Shown here: one piece after another, positions 28,005 to 37,026 of the stretch
Position numbering within the stretch: position 1 is the stretch's first letter
How the letters are laid out: the number at the start of each line of letters is the position of its first letter
Source: an uncultured Clostridia bacterium
GTDB lineage: Bacteria > Bacillota > Clostridia > TANB77 > CAG-508
Direction of reading: 5' to 3'
NCBI GenBank assembly: GCA_947625645.1
Contig: CANQPE010000001.1
Location: 10,978 to 74,977, forward strand
DNA length: 64,000 bases
The notes under the pieces: model-generated
Seen by the model: only the letters and a program-made list of their open reading frames with translations
Database searches by the model: none
Told to the model about the DNA's origin: nothing
Made by a program: the position numbers and the translations under genes

Positions 28005-29879
28005 CTATCTTAGCTGAAAATTTTTTAACTGAAACGGTTCTTTCTTATTTCTAATCTCTGTCCCCGATTGTCCCTTTGGGACAAAAAAGAACCGTCCCAA
28101 ATTGTCCAAAATGTCTTTTGCATTTTGTGCACTGATGCCTTTTACTTGTTGTAATTCTTCTTTGGTTGCTTGCTTTATGTTAGCAACACTGCCAAAGTGT
28201 TTGAGTAGTGCTTGTTTTTTTGCTGCTCCTATTCCTTTAATGTTATCTAATTCTGATTTTGTGATTTCTTTTTCTCTTACTTTTCGATGGTATGTGATAG
28301 CTGTATCATGTACGGTATCTTGAAACCTAGTAATGAGATGCTTTAGTTCTTCGGATATGGGTAATTCTTCTCGTGCTTCATTCATGAGTGCTCTTGTTTG
28401 GTGTTTTTCATTTTTGACCATTCCAAATACGGCAATTGGTAATTGATATTTTTCTATTGCTCTCTTAGTTGCTCGTATTTGCGTAATTCCACCGTCCGCA
28501 AAAATCACATCTGGCAATGTTCCAAACCCGCCATTTGGATTTTCTATGGAATGTTTTAAACGCCTAGTAATAACTTCTTCCATACAGCGTGGGTCATCTT
28601 GCCCATATACTGTTTTTATTTTAAAACGCCTTGATAAATTCTTTCTGATGACACCGTCTTGCATCACACACATAGCTGCTACCATATGTTCTCCTGCCAT
28701 ATTAGATATGTCATACGTTTCTATTTTTCGTGGCAAAGTGTCTAGTCCTAGCACTTCTTTTAATTCTAGTAAGATACTGCTTTTGTCTTTTTCTTTGTTT
28801 TCTAACGTAACTTTTGCATTATTTTCTGCCATTTCTACAAATCGCAATTTTTCTCCTTTTTTTGGACTCTTTAGTTCTACTTTTTTTCCTAATTCATTGG
28901 AAAGCCATTCTTCTATTACTTGTTTGTCTTCTAATTCTTCTCTCAGCATAATTTTCGCTGGGATATTGGGATTGTCCATATAATATTGCTTGATAAAACC
29001 TGATAAGATTTCTGCATCTGACATGCCTTTTAAATCCGAAAAAAAATAATGTTCTCTTCCTATCATCTTACTACCACGCACAAAAAACACTTCAATACAT
29101 ACTTCTATTTCTGATTGGTACATCCCAATCACATCAATACTGTTTTCTGATAAGTTTGATACTTTTTGCTTTGTGGATACTCTTTCAATTGCTTGTTTTC
29201 TGTCTCTCAATTCTGCTGCCCTTTCAAAATCTAACCTTTGAGAACACTGCTGCATTTGCATATCTAATTCTCGCAATATTTTATCTGTTTTTCCTTCTAA
29301 CAAATCTACAATTTCATCTATTTGCTTTCTATATTCTTCTTTACTAACATACCCCATGCATGGTGCTAAACATTTTTTTATATGATAATTCAAACATGGT
29401 CTTGTTCGTTCTTTCAAACTTCTACATTGCCTAATTTTATATTTCTGTTTGATAAAATCTATCATTTCTTTGGCAGCTCCAGGATTAGCATATGGTCCAA
29501 AATATTTGGAACCATCATTTACAATCCTTCTTGTAAATGCAACTGTTGGATAATCTTCTTTCATATTAATTTTTATATATGGATATGTTTTATCATCTTT
29601 TAATAAAACATTAAATTTGGGTCTATGTTTTTTGATTAAATTACATTCTAAAATTAGTGCCTCTGCTTCATTATCTACAACAATATATTCAAAATGGTCT
29701 ATGGTTCTGACCATATTTTCAATTCTTTTTGTTTTGTTGGTTTTCCTAAAGTACTGCCTCACTCGATTCTTTAAAGAGATTGCCTTGCCCACGTAAATAA
29801 TATGATCTTCTTTGTCTTTCATAATATATACGCCTGGTTTGCTTGGCAATTTTTTTAACTCTGCTTCTATATCAAACAT
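28005..29879 (-). CDS. uvrC: Excinuclease ABC subunit C
   Basis: 624 aa with a GIY-YIG domain (GVYIMKD..IIYVGKA), a UVR domain, an endonuclease domain and (HhH)2. The last ~30 codons (..LGRFFFVPKGQSGTEIRNKKEPFQLKNFQLR*) read into repeat copy 2. Confidence 0.9.
   Translation of the reverse strand: MFDIEAELKKLPSKPGVYIMKDKEDHIIYVGKAISLKNRVRQYFRKTNKTKRIENMVRTIDHFEYIVVDNEAEALILECNLIKKHRPKFNVLLKDDKTYPYIKINMKEDYPTVAFTRRIVNDGSKYFGPYANPGAAKEMIDFIKQKYKIRQCRSLKERTRPCLNYHIKKCLAPCMGYVSKEEYRKQIDEIVDLLEGKTDKILRELDMQMQQCSQRLDFERAAELRDRKQAIERVSTKQKVSNLSENSIDVIGMYQSEIEVCIEVFFVRGSKMIGREHYFFSDLKGMSDAEILSGFIKQYYMDNPNIPAKIMLREELEDKQVIEEWLSNELGKKVELKSPKKGEKLRFVEMAENNAKVTLENKEKDKSSILLELKEVLGLDTLPRKIETYDISNMAGEHMVAAMCVMQDGVIRKNLSRRFKIKTVYGQDDPRCMEEVITRRLKHSIENPNGGFGTLPDVIFADGGITQIRATKRAIEKYQLPIAVFGMVKNEKHQTRALMNEAREELPISEELKHLITRFQDTVHDTAITYHRKVREKEITKSELDNIKGIGAAKKQALLKHFGSVANIKQATKEELQQVKGISAQNAKDILDNLGRFFFVPKGQSGTEIRNKKEPFQLKNFQLR
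28058..28112 (-). repeat. GGGAC-repeat element, copy 2 (inverted relative to copy 1)
   Basis: The reverse complement reads tttGGACAatttGGGACGgttcttttttGTCCCaaaGGGACAatcgGGGA. The 31-nt core tgggacggttcttttttgtcccaaagggaca is identical to copy 1. Confidence 0.7.
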
Positions 29880-29888
29880 CGCTTTCTC

Positions 29889-30392
29889 CTATTCTATATA
29901 TCCCACATAAGGTAGATTTCGATATTGTTGATCGTAGTCTAAGCCAAACCCTACCACAAATTTGTCTTCTATTTCGAAGCCAATATAATCTACTCCTATT
30001 TCTATGACACGCCTAGAAGGTTTGCTAAGTAGTGTTGCAATTTTTAAACTGTTTGGTTGCTTTTCTAATAAATATTGTTTTAGAAATGAGAGTGTTCTAC
30101 CAGTGTCTACAATATCTTCTACAATGATGACATCTTTCCCTGTAATGTTATGGGTAATGTCTTTATTGATTTTAATGTTTCCTGTACTTTCCGTTCCTTC
30201 ATAACTTGATACTTCAATAAATTCAAATCGAATGTCATTTCTAATGTTTTTAGCCAATTCCCACAAAAAAGGAACAGACCCCTTTAAAATTCCTAAAAAT
30301 ACAATTTGTTTTCCTTGATATTCACTTTCAATTTCTTTTGCCATCTGCTGAATTCGTTTTTGTAATTTTGCTTCATTAATTAGTACATTCAT
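29889..30392 (-). CDS. hpt: Hypoxanthine phosphoribosyltransferase
   Basis: 167 aa with PRPP motif VIIVEDIVDTGRTL and FVVGFGLDY. Confidence 0.9.
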   Translation of the reverse strand: MNVLINEAKLQKRIQQMAKEIESEYQGKQIVFLGILKGSVPFLWELAKNIRNDIRFEFIEVSSYEGTESTGNIKINKDITHNITGKDVIIVEDIVDTGRTLSFLKQYLLEKQPNSLKIATLLSKPSRRVIEIGVDYIGFEIEDKFVVGFGLDYDQQYRNLPYVGYIE

Positions 30393-30543
30393 TTTTTCTC
30401 ACATTCCTTTCTTAGGCACAAATTCGTTGAAACCCTTTATTTTTTTTCCATTATACTATATTTACTTCAAAAATGCAATTTTCTTGAATAAAAAATAAAA
30501 AAAGCATAGACAGATTATTTCTATCTATGTTTTTGTTTTATCT

Positions 30544-32268
30544 TTATCTGGCAACTAAAACCACTCTAAACCCTGTATTATAGTCACTACCTCCATCTGT
30601 TCGGTCAAAAGCAAATATTCCTGCTGCCTCACCTGAGCCAAAGAATCCACCTCTTACAGCAAACGGACGGTTTAATCCTACAAAGTTAGATGCATCATGA
30701 TACCAACTGGTTTCTCCTGTACCAGCTTTTGAAGTTTCGTGCACAGCATCTCCATAAACGTTTGCATTGATATCATAATTTCCTTCACTTGCTAAATTTA
30801 AATTTGCATCTGAAGCTGCCATTTTATTATTATCTTTTTCTTCATCATGTACATAAATGGTTCTACGATGCGTATTTTCATCACCTGTAAAATTCTTTCC
30901 ATATGTTTCCAAATTTGCATTTCCATTTGCTACGTAAGTTGCTGTTCTTTCTCTTAGTCCACCACTTAAATCATAAATTCCATAAATGGTTCCTGTACAG
31001 CTAGATTCTTTTCCTGTTTTTTGATTCCATGTATAAAAACCTTCTGTAGTTGGTGTATTTCCTTCTGTTTTATTTAAATTTGCAATTTCTTCTTCTCTTG
31101 CAGTTCCATTTTCTAAAACTCCTGTCACACCAGTAACCGCATATACACTTTCTACCCCTGTCTGCCCCTTGTCTGTCGTTCTTGCTGCACCACCACTATT
31201 TAATGTAACATTATTAATATAAATATTATTTCCTTCTGGTAATCCATATTGACTTTGACTTAAATACGCAACTGCTCCCCATTCACTATTTTTCATCAGA
31301 TGGCTGTTGGTACTATCTGTCAACCCATATATATTTCCTTCTTCTGTTAAGGCTTGTGAAATATAATAAGCATCATCAGCATTAATATAATTCATGGAAT
31401 ATGTTACTCCTTGGAAAGTTGGATACTTAATTGTTGTATTTTCACCATATATACCATCTAGCCAATTTCTAGCTGATTGGGATGCCCCTCCTTCAATGCT
31501 TCCTGCTGTCACTTGCGTTTGTGTGTAGGTTTCAGAGCTTGCTGCAATTGGTGCATTATTATTTCCTCCAGCATACCCTGCTTCAAATTTTGCAACCCAT
31601 ATACCTGTTAACTCCGCATTCCATCCACCATTTGCATAATCAATATAATCTTCATTGGTAAATGCAGGATGTACGGTATATTCATCCTTTGTTGTATCAA
31701 TTTGTTGCCCTTTCGTTTCTTGCCTTTGGGCTTTTTTGATTTTCCCATTGTCATCATAATACTCATCAGATGTTCCAATCAAAAATTTCACTTCAATTGT
31801 TCCAGCCTGCTTTGTTGTTCCATTACTGTATGTTGGTTGTTTTGTTATCCTATATGCAAACCTTGGAATCCACACCCACATGCTACCATCTTCTGTTTGG
31901 GCATTCGCCCATTTTCTGTCTTTATAGGAATACCAATTGTTTTCATCAAATCCAGCTTCTCCTTCTTGGACAATTTGTCCTTTGGTATCTTCTGTTGGTT
32001 CTGTGAACATAATTTTTTTCATTCCTGTTAGCATTTCTGGTGCATTTACCAATTCTACTTGTTCTCCTATTGCTAATCTATAGGCTTGTTCCAATTCTTC
32101 TGGCGTCATATCATATGCCTCACGTATTTTTTGCATTTCTTCCGTTTCTAAACGCCTTTGATTTGTACTTAGCGTAAATAAATTGCCAAGCACTAATAAA
32201 ATAACAAAAATACTTGCTAACATTACAACAGTTACTGAACCATTCTCTCTTCTTATTTTCTTTTGCAT
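30544..32268 (-). CDS. Membrane-anchored protein with an FGE/SUMF1-like C-terminal domain (paralogue 2)
   Basis: Start MQKKIRR at 32268, with a TM anchor. The central block WANAQTEDGSMWVWIPRFAY..KFLIGTSD..HPAFTNE..GGW..ELTGIWVAKFEAGYAGGNN is near-identical to 37027..39075. C-terminus: VRGGFFGSG..TGFRVVLVAR. Confidence 0.55.
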   Translation of the reverse strand: MQKKIRRENGSVTVVMLASIFVILLVLGNLFTLSTNQRRLETEEMQKIREAYDMTPEELEQAYRLAIGEQVELVNAPEMLTGMKKIMFTEPTEDTKGQIVQEGEAGFDENNWYSYKDRKWANAQTEDGSMWVWIPRFAYRITKQPTYSNGTTKQAGTIEVKFLIGTSDEYYDDNGKIKKAQRQETKGQQIDTTKDEYTVHPAFTNEDYIDYANGGWNAELTGIWVAKFEAGYAGGNNNAPIAASSETYTQTQVTAGSIEGGASQSARNWLDGIYGENTTIKYPTFQGVTYSMNYINADDAYYISQALTEEGNIYGLTDSTNSHLMKNSEWGAVAYLSQSQYGLPEGNNIYINNVTLNSGGAARTTDKGQTGVESVYAVTGVTGVLENGTAREEEIANLNKTEGNTPTTEGFYTWNQKTGKESSCTGTIYGIYDLSGGLRERTATYVANGNANLETYGKNFTGDENTHRRTIYVHDEEKDNNKMAASDANLNLASEGNYDINANVYGDAVHETSKAGTGETSWYHDASNFVGLNRPFAVRGGFFGSGEAAGIFAFDRTDGGSDYNTGFRVVLVAR

Positions 32269-32445
32269 ATTCCAACACATTCCTTCCTGTTTCTATTTTA
32301 TACTATTACCCTCTTTTTTGTCAATATTTTGCTTTTTTTATTTTATAAAATATTTTTTAATAGTATTAGTTGTATTCCAGCAGTTTTAGTTTGTGTTATT
32401 TATTTTTCATTCAGTATACAATACTATTGTAGCGAGGTGAGTTAA

Positions 32446-32769
32446 ATGGAAGAGCTAAACTATATAGAAATTGGAAAACGTGTAAAAATCAAAAGAAAAG
32501 AATTCGGAATTACACAAGAAAAATTATCCGAACTAATTGATGTGTGTCCTTCGTATATTAGTGAAATTGAAAGAGGCTACAGCATTCCTAGCTTATCTAC
32601 CATATGCAAAATTGCAGCTATTTTGCAATGCGATTTAGATTATCTTGTTTTTGGAATTACAGAAAGCAATGCTGATAAAACATTTTCTGAGCTTTTAAAA
32701 GATATTCCAGAAAAACATCACGCTCTTTATATTGACTTATGCACAAACATTGCAAATAGCTTTAAATAA
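32446..32769 (+). CDS. XRE-family helix-turn-helix transcriptional regulator
   Basis: 107 aa. ITQEKLSELIDVCPSYISEIERGYSIPS is a Cro/C1 HTH. Divergent from paralogue 2. Confidence 0.8.
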   Translation: MEELNYIEIGKRVKIKRKEFGITQEKLSELIDVCPSYISEIERGYSIPSLSTICKIAAILQCDLDYLVFGITESNADKTFSELLKDIPEKHHALYIDLCTNIANSFK

Positions 32770-32781
32770 ACATCTTTCAAT

Positions 32782-33084
32782 TTATATATCTACTTCTTGA
32801 TACCTGCAAATTCGAAGCATTTGCAGGTCATCAAATTTCACTAAAATGCAATCTTCTTCTCCTTTTACTACTTTCATAATTTGATATTTATTCCATATGA
32901 CGCGTTCTTCTTTGTTAAATTCGTTCTGAACTGTAATATTCTCCTGATTTGAACTTGTTTGCGCATGTTCTACTTTCACAGTGGTCTCAATTAGCCCTGT
33001 TAAATCAAATACAATTGTTTCATTGTTCCATTGATTAAGCATCTTCTCCAATGCTTCTATTGTCATTTGTTCCAAAATTATCAC
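32782..33084 (-). CDS. Hypothetical protein (100 aa)
   Basis: Open frame only. No family recognised. Confidence 0.35.
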   Translation of the reverse strand: MIILEQMTIEALEKMLNQWNNETIVFDLTGLIETTVKVEHAQTSSNQENITVQNEFNKEERVIWNKYQIMKVVKGEEDCILVKFDDLQMLRICRYQEVDI

Positions 33085-33297
33085 TCCTATCTTTTATAGT
33101 ATATACCTATTTAGATTTTTTATCCATAGTTATTATATATCTCTTCGGATAGAATATGTCAATATTTATTTCATAGTAAAACTCCGCGTTTTTCTATTTT
33201 TACATCTGTTTTCCATATAAAATCTTTTTTTTTCACTATTTTTTATAACATTTTTCGTGCAACCAAAAAAAGAGCTTCAACCAAAGCTCTTTCCTTA

Positions 33298-34275
33298 TCA
33301 TAAACTTTTAAAATAGTTTTCTATTTCCATTAATAGTACATCTGCTTTTTCAATTTGATTTATCTTGTCACGAAATTCGCTAGAATTTTTTAACCCTTTT
33401 GTATACCATGCCATTGGTTTTCTTAGTTCTCGAATGGCAACATTTTCTGGTTTTTCTTGTAATTCTAGTTTTATATGCTGTTTTATCACTTCCAATTTTT
33501 GTTCTACTGTAACATCTGGCAGCTTTTCTCCTGTTTTTAAAAAATGTGCAATTTTTTGGAAAATCCATGGGGTTCCAAAACTGCCTCTTCCGATCATAAT
33601 GCCATCAACACCTGTTGTCTCAAACATTTGATATGCTGTTTCTTCGTTGACAATATCCCCATTACCAATTACAGGAATTTTAACTGCTTCTTTGACTTTT
33701 TTTATGACATTCCAATCTGCTTTTCCAGAATAAAATTCTGCTCTTGTTCTGCCATGAATGGTAATAGCTGATATACCTACCTTTTCTGCCATTTGTGCAA
33801 ATTCAACTGCTACAATATGGTCTGCATCCCAACCTTTTCTCATTTTTATCGTAACTGGTTTATCTGTACTTTTCACAACCGATTCTATCACTTTTTGAGC
33901 TTTTTCAATATCTAACAATAATTTACTGCCATCTCCATTTTTTACCACCTTTGGAGCAGGACATCCCATATTAATATCAATGATATCTGCTTTATCATTT
34001 AAATACTTTGCCGCAAACGCCATGCTTTCTTCTTCATTCCCAAAAATTTGAAAGCTGATTGGCTTTTGTTCACCTTTTGTGTCTATTAATAATTTAGTCT
34101 TACTATCATCATAAAAAATAGCTCTGCTACTTATCATTTCAGTTGTTACCAAACCCGCTCCATATTGTTTACAAATTTTTCTGTAAGCTTTATCTGTTAT
34201 TCCTGCCATTGGTGCTAAAAATAAGTTGTTTTCTATTTCTACATTTCCAATTTTGATTGGTGCTAAGAACATCAT
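33298..34275 (-). CDS. dus: tRNA-dihydrouridine synthase (DusB-like)
   Basis: 325 aa. LAPMAGITD, INMGCPAPKV, TIHGRTR, GNGDI. Confidence 0.9.
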   Translation of the reverse strand: MMFLAPIKIGNVEIENNLFLAPMAGITDKAYRKICKQYGAGLVTTEMISSRAIFYDDSKTKLLIDTKGEQKPISFQIFGNEEESMAFAAKYLNDKADIIDINMGCPAPKVVKNGDGSKLLLDIEKAQKVIESVVKSTDKPVTIKMRKGWDADHIVAVEFAQMAEKVGISAITIHGRTRAEFYSGKADWNVIKKVKEAVKIPVIGNGDIVNEETAYQMFETTGVDGIMIGRGSFGTPWIFQKIAHFLKTGEKLPDVTVEQKLEVIKQHIKLELQEKPENVAIRELRKPMAWYTKGLKNSSEFRDKINQIEKADVLLMEIENYFKSL

Positions 34276-34315
34276 TTCCTCCTTTAGTGCCTATTTCCTA
34301 TGGAATGAGATTTCT

Positions 34316-35422
34316 TTATTTTACAAAAATTGATTTTTGCCTTTTTCCACTAATATTCATTAAAATTCCTAGCATAATATAGTTGGTAATCATAGAGCTT
34401 CCTCCATAACTGATAAAGGGAAGTGGTACACCTGTAATTGGTAGTAACCCCATAACCATTCCTATATTTTCTATCATATGGAACATTAAAATACCAGCAA
34501 CTCCAGAAGCTACCATCGTTCCCGTGCTGTCCTTTGCTGTTTTGGCAATATACAATATTTTTGTTATTAACACAACATATAAGATAATAATAAATCCTGC
34601 CACTAAAAATCCCATTTCTTCGCTAATGACTGAAAAAATAAAATCTGTTGTTTTGGGATATAAAAATCCTAGTTGCGTTTGGTTTCCTTTTAGTAGCCCC
34701 ATTCCTGTAAGTCCTCCCGCTCCTATGGCTAACTTTGATTGTAAAATATTATACCCTGCCCCTCTTGGGTCTGATTCTGGGTTTAAGAATATGTCAATTC
34801 TTGTTTTAGCATGTTCTGGTAAAACATAATAATACAGTAATGGCATAGCAATTACCACTAAAAGAATAACACTAATCACATATTTTTTGTCTATTCCCGC
34901 TGAAAACAGCATTAATGCCGTTGCAATTAGGAAAGCAATTGCTGTACCATAATCTGGTTGTTTAATAATTAATAATACAGGAACAGCTAATGCTGCTAAT
35001 ACAATAAGCAATTTTAATGGTTTATTAATTTCTTGCTTTCCTTTTTGTTGCATTCTTGTCATGACTTTGGTCAAAAACAGTATGACAAATATTTTTGCAA
35101 ATTCTCCAGGTTGAAAAGAAAAGCCACCTATATTAAACCAACTACTTGCTCCATTAATAGGTGTTGTAAACAAAACTGCAACTAAAAGGATTAAAAATGC
35201 GCTATAAAAAAACGGAGATAGTCTAACTAGTGTTTCATAATTAATAAACATGAATGCTACCATTGCTATTATACTAATTCCAAACCATATGAGTTGTTTT
35301 TGAAATTCTTCATAATTGGTATTTTGAGTAGCAGAAAATAATGCCACTAATCCAATTACAGATAAAATAATTGCTACTACAATTATTACCCATTCCATAT
35401 TTTTTAATTCTTTTTTTCTCAT
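34316..35422 (-). CDS. rodA: Peptidoglycan glycosyltransferase RodA (SEDS, FtsW/RodA/SpoVE family)
   Basis: 368 aa with about 10 TM segments. QPGEFAK, DFIFSVISEE, LPFISYGGSS. Follows minD-minE. Confidence 0.8.
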   Translation of the reverse strand: MRKKELKNMEWVIIVVAIILSVIGLVALFSATQNTNYEEFQKQLIWFGISIIAMVAFMFINYETLVRLSPFFYSAFLILLVAVLFTTPINGASSWFNIGGFSFQPGEFAKIFVILFLTKVMTRMQQKGKQEINKPLKLLIVLAALAVPVLLIIKQPDYGTAIAFLIATALMLFSAGIDKKYVISVILLVVIAMPLLYYYVLPEHAKTRIDIFLNPESDPRGAGYNILQSKLAIGAGGLTGMGLLKGNQTQLGFLYPKTTDFIFSVISEEMGFLVAGFIIILYVVLITKILYIAKTAKDSTGTMVASGVAGILMFHMIENIGMVMGLLPITGVPLPFISYGGSSMITNYIMLGILMNISGKRQKSIFVK

Positions 35423-35438
35423 GCTAGAAACTCCGTTA

Positions 35439-35951
35439 CTAATTTTGTTTTATTTCGTCTTTGGTTTCTGGTTGCTTTTGCGTTTGCTGTTCTTGTGTTT
35501 GTTGTTCTTGTCCTTCTTGTTTTTCTTCTTTTTCCACCTGTTCTATCACTTTTTCTTGTTCCTCTTTTGGTTGTTCCGTTTTTAAATTTTGCTCTTCTAC
35601 TGTTTCACATTTTTCAGGTTCCTCTTGTTTTTTATTAACCATTCTTGCTTCATTTTTTATGCTAACAATTGGGATATTGGCATACAATGCTGGTGCTCCA
35701 TTTGTGCCATCTTCATTTTCCTTATTTGTTAAACGAACATCAATTGCGTTTTCATCTACTTCTATGTATTTTTTTATCACATCTATAATTTCTTGTTTCA
35801 TTAATTCTAAAAAGTCAGCAGATACATTGGCTCTGTCTTGCATTAATACTAAATGTAGTCTTTCTTTTGCTGCATTTTTTGAACTTGATTCTTCTTTCTT
35901 TTCACCTTTCTTCTTTGTTTTGTTGAAAAATTTTAAAATGTTTTCAAACAT
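35439..35951 (-). CDS. minE: Cell division topological specificity factor MinE with a long acidic/Gln-rich C-terminal extension
   Basis: MFENILKFFNK.. and KERLHLVLMQDRANVS..MKQEIIDVIKKYIEVD form the MinE core. About 80 extra residues follow (..EQEKVIEQVEKEEKQEGQEQQTQEQQTQKQ..). Start at 35951 after a GAGGAAGGGG RBS. Confidence 0.8.
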   Translation of the reverse strand: MFENILKFFNKTKKKGEKKEESSSKNAAKERLHLVLMQDRANVSADFLELMKQEIIDVIKKYIEVDENAIDVRLTNKENEDGTNGAPALYANIPIVSIKNEARMVNKKQEEPEKCETVEEQNLKTEQPKEEQEKVIEQVEKEEKQEGQEQQTQEQQTQKQPETKDEIKQN

Positions 35952-35984
35952 TCTCTTTACCCCTTCCTCTTGCAATTGTTTCAT

Positions 35985-36776
35985 TTATCTTTTGAATATA
36001 CGTTTTAGTTTTGCAAAAAAACCTTTTTCTTCGCCTGGTATTGTGACTTCTATTTTTTCTCCTAAGACTCTCTTTGCAATTTCCATATAGGCTTTTCCTG
36101 ATGGTGCTTTTCGATTTTGAATAACTGGTTCTCCTCTGTTCGTTTGCGTAATAATATATTCATCATCTGGGACAACACCAATAAGACTAATTGATAATAA
36201 ATCTACAATATCATCTACATCCATCATTTCCCCTTTTTTTACCATGTTTGGTCGAATTCGGTTAATGACTAATTCTGGATTTTTAATTTCTGATGATTCC
36301 AAAAGTCCAATAATTCTGTCAGCATCACGAATAGCAGATATTTCTGCTGTCGTAACAACAATGGCTCTGTCAGCCCCTGCTATGGCATTTTTAAATCCTT
36401 GCTCTATTCCGGCTGGACAATCAATTAAAATATAGTCAAATTCTTGTTTTAATTTTTCTGTTAATTCTTTCATCTGTTGTTCATTTACTGCACTTTTATC
36501 TCTTGTTTGAGCTGCTGGTAATAAGTATAGTTCTTTGAACCTTTTGTCTTTGATTAGGGCTTGTCTTAATTTACATTTTTCTTCAACAACATCAACAATG
36601 TCATATACAATCCTATTTTCTAACCCCATAACAACATCCAAATTTCTTAACCCTATGTCTGTATCGATTAACGCTACTTTTTTACCTTCTACTGCTAAAC
36701 TTGCTCCTAAATTTGCTGTTGTTGTGGTTTTGCCTACTCCACCTTTACCAGATGTGATTACGATTACTTCTCCCAT
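35985..36776 (-). CDS. minD: Septum site-determining ATPase MinD
   Basis: MGEVIVITSGKGGVGKTT (deviant Walker A). AAGGAGG lies 8 nt upstream of ATG 36776. Confidence 0.95.
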   Translation of the reverse strand: MGEVIVITSGKGGVGKTTTTANLGASLAVEGKKVALIDTDIGLRNLDVVMGLENRIVYDIVDVVEEKCKLRQALIKDKRFKELYLLPAAQTRDKSAVNEQQMKELTEKLKQEFDYILIDCPAGIEQGFKNAIAGADRAIVVTTAEISAIRDADRIIGLLESSEIKNPELVINRIRPNMVKKGEMMDVDDIVDLLSISLIGVVPDDEYIITQTNRGEPVIQNRKAPSGKAYMEIAKRVLGEKIEVTIPGEEKGFFAKLKRIFKR

Positions 36777-37026
36777 AATTATTTCCTCCTTAGGATTTGT
36801 CATGCTCAAATTTTGATACTATTATCATATAACGAATTTGCTTAAAAGTCAATTCAGTTTTCATAAAAAAACAAAAAAACGGTTACTATTTATTGGTTGC
36901 TAGTCAGCAAATGAGTCATATATTTTAATTTTCATACCTTGTATGTTGCTACTTTTTTCGTTCGTTTGGTCTCTTACATGGTATTTCAAATTAATCTATA
37001 TGACTCTAGTAACTAAATTTTGTTTT

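Noticed and set aside
25649-28112. The inverted GGGAC elements as ends of a mobile or invertible segment.
   Set aside because: The enclosed genes are an XRE regulator and essential aspS. No recombinase or transposase is present and I saw no target-site duplication. The orientation fits a 3'-end-associated element better.
35461-36090. A 209-aa ORF on the plus strand (Cys/Ser/Phe-rich).
   Set aside because: It is entirely antisense to minE/minD, is low-complexity and has no RBS. It is a shadow ORF of the conserved genes.
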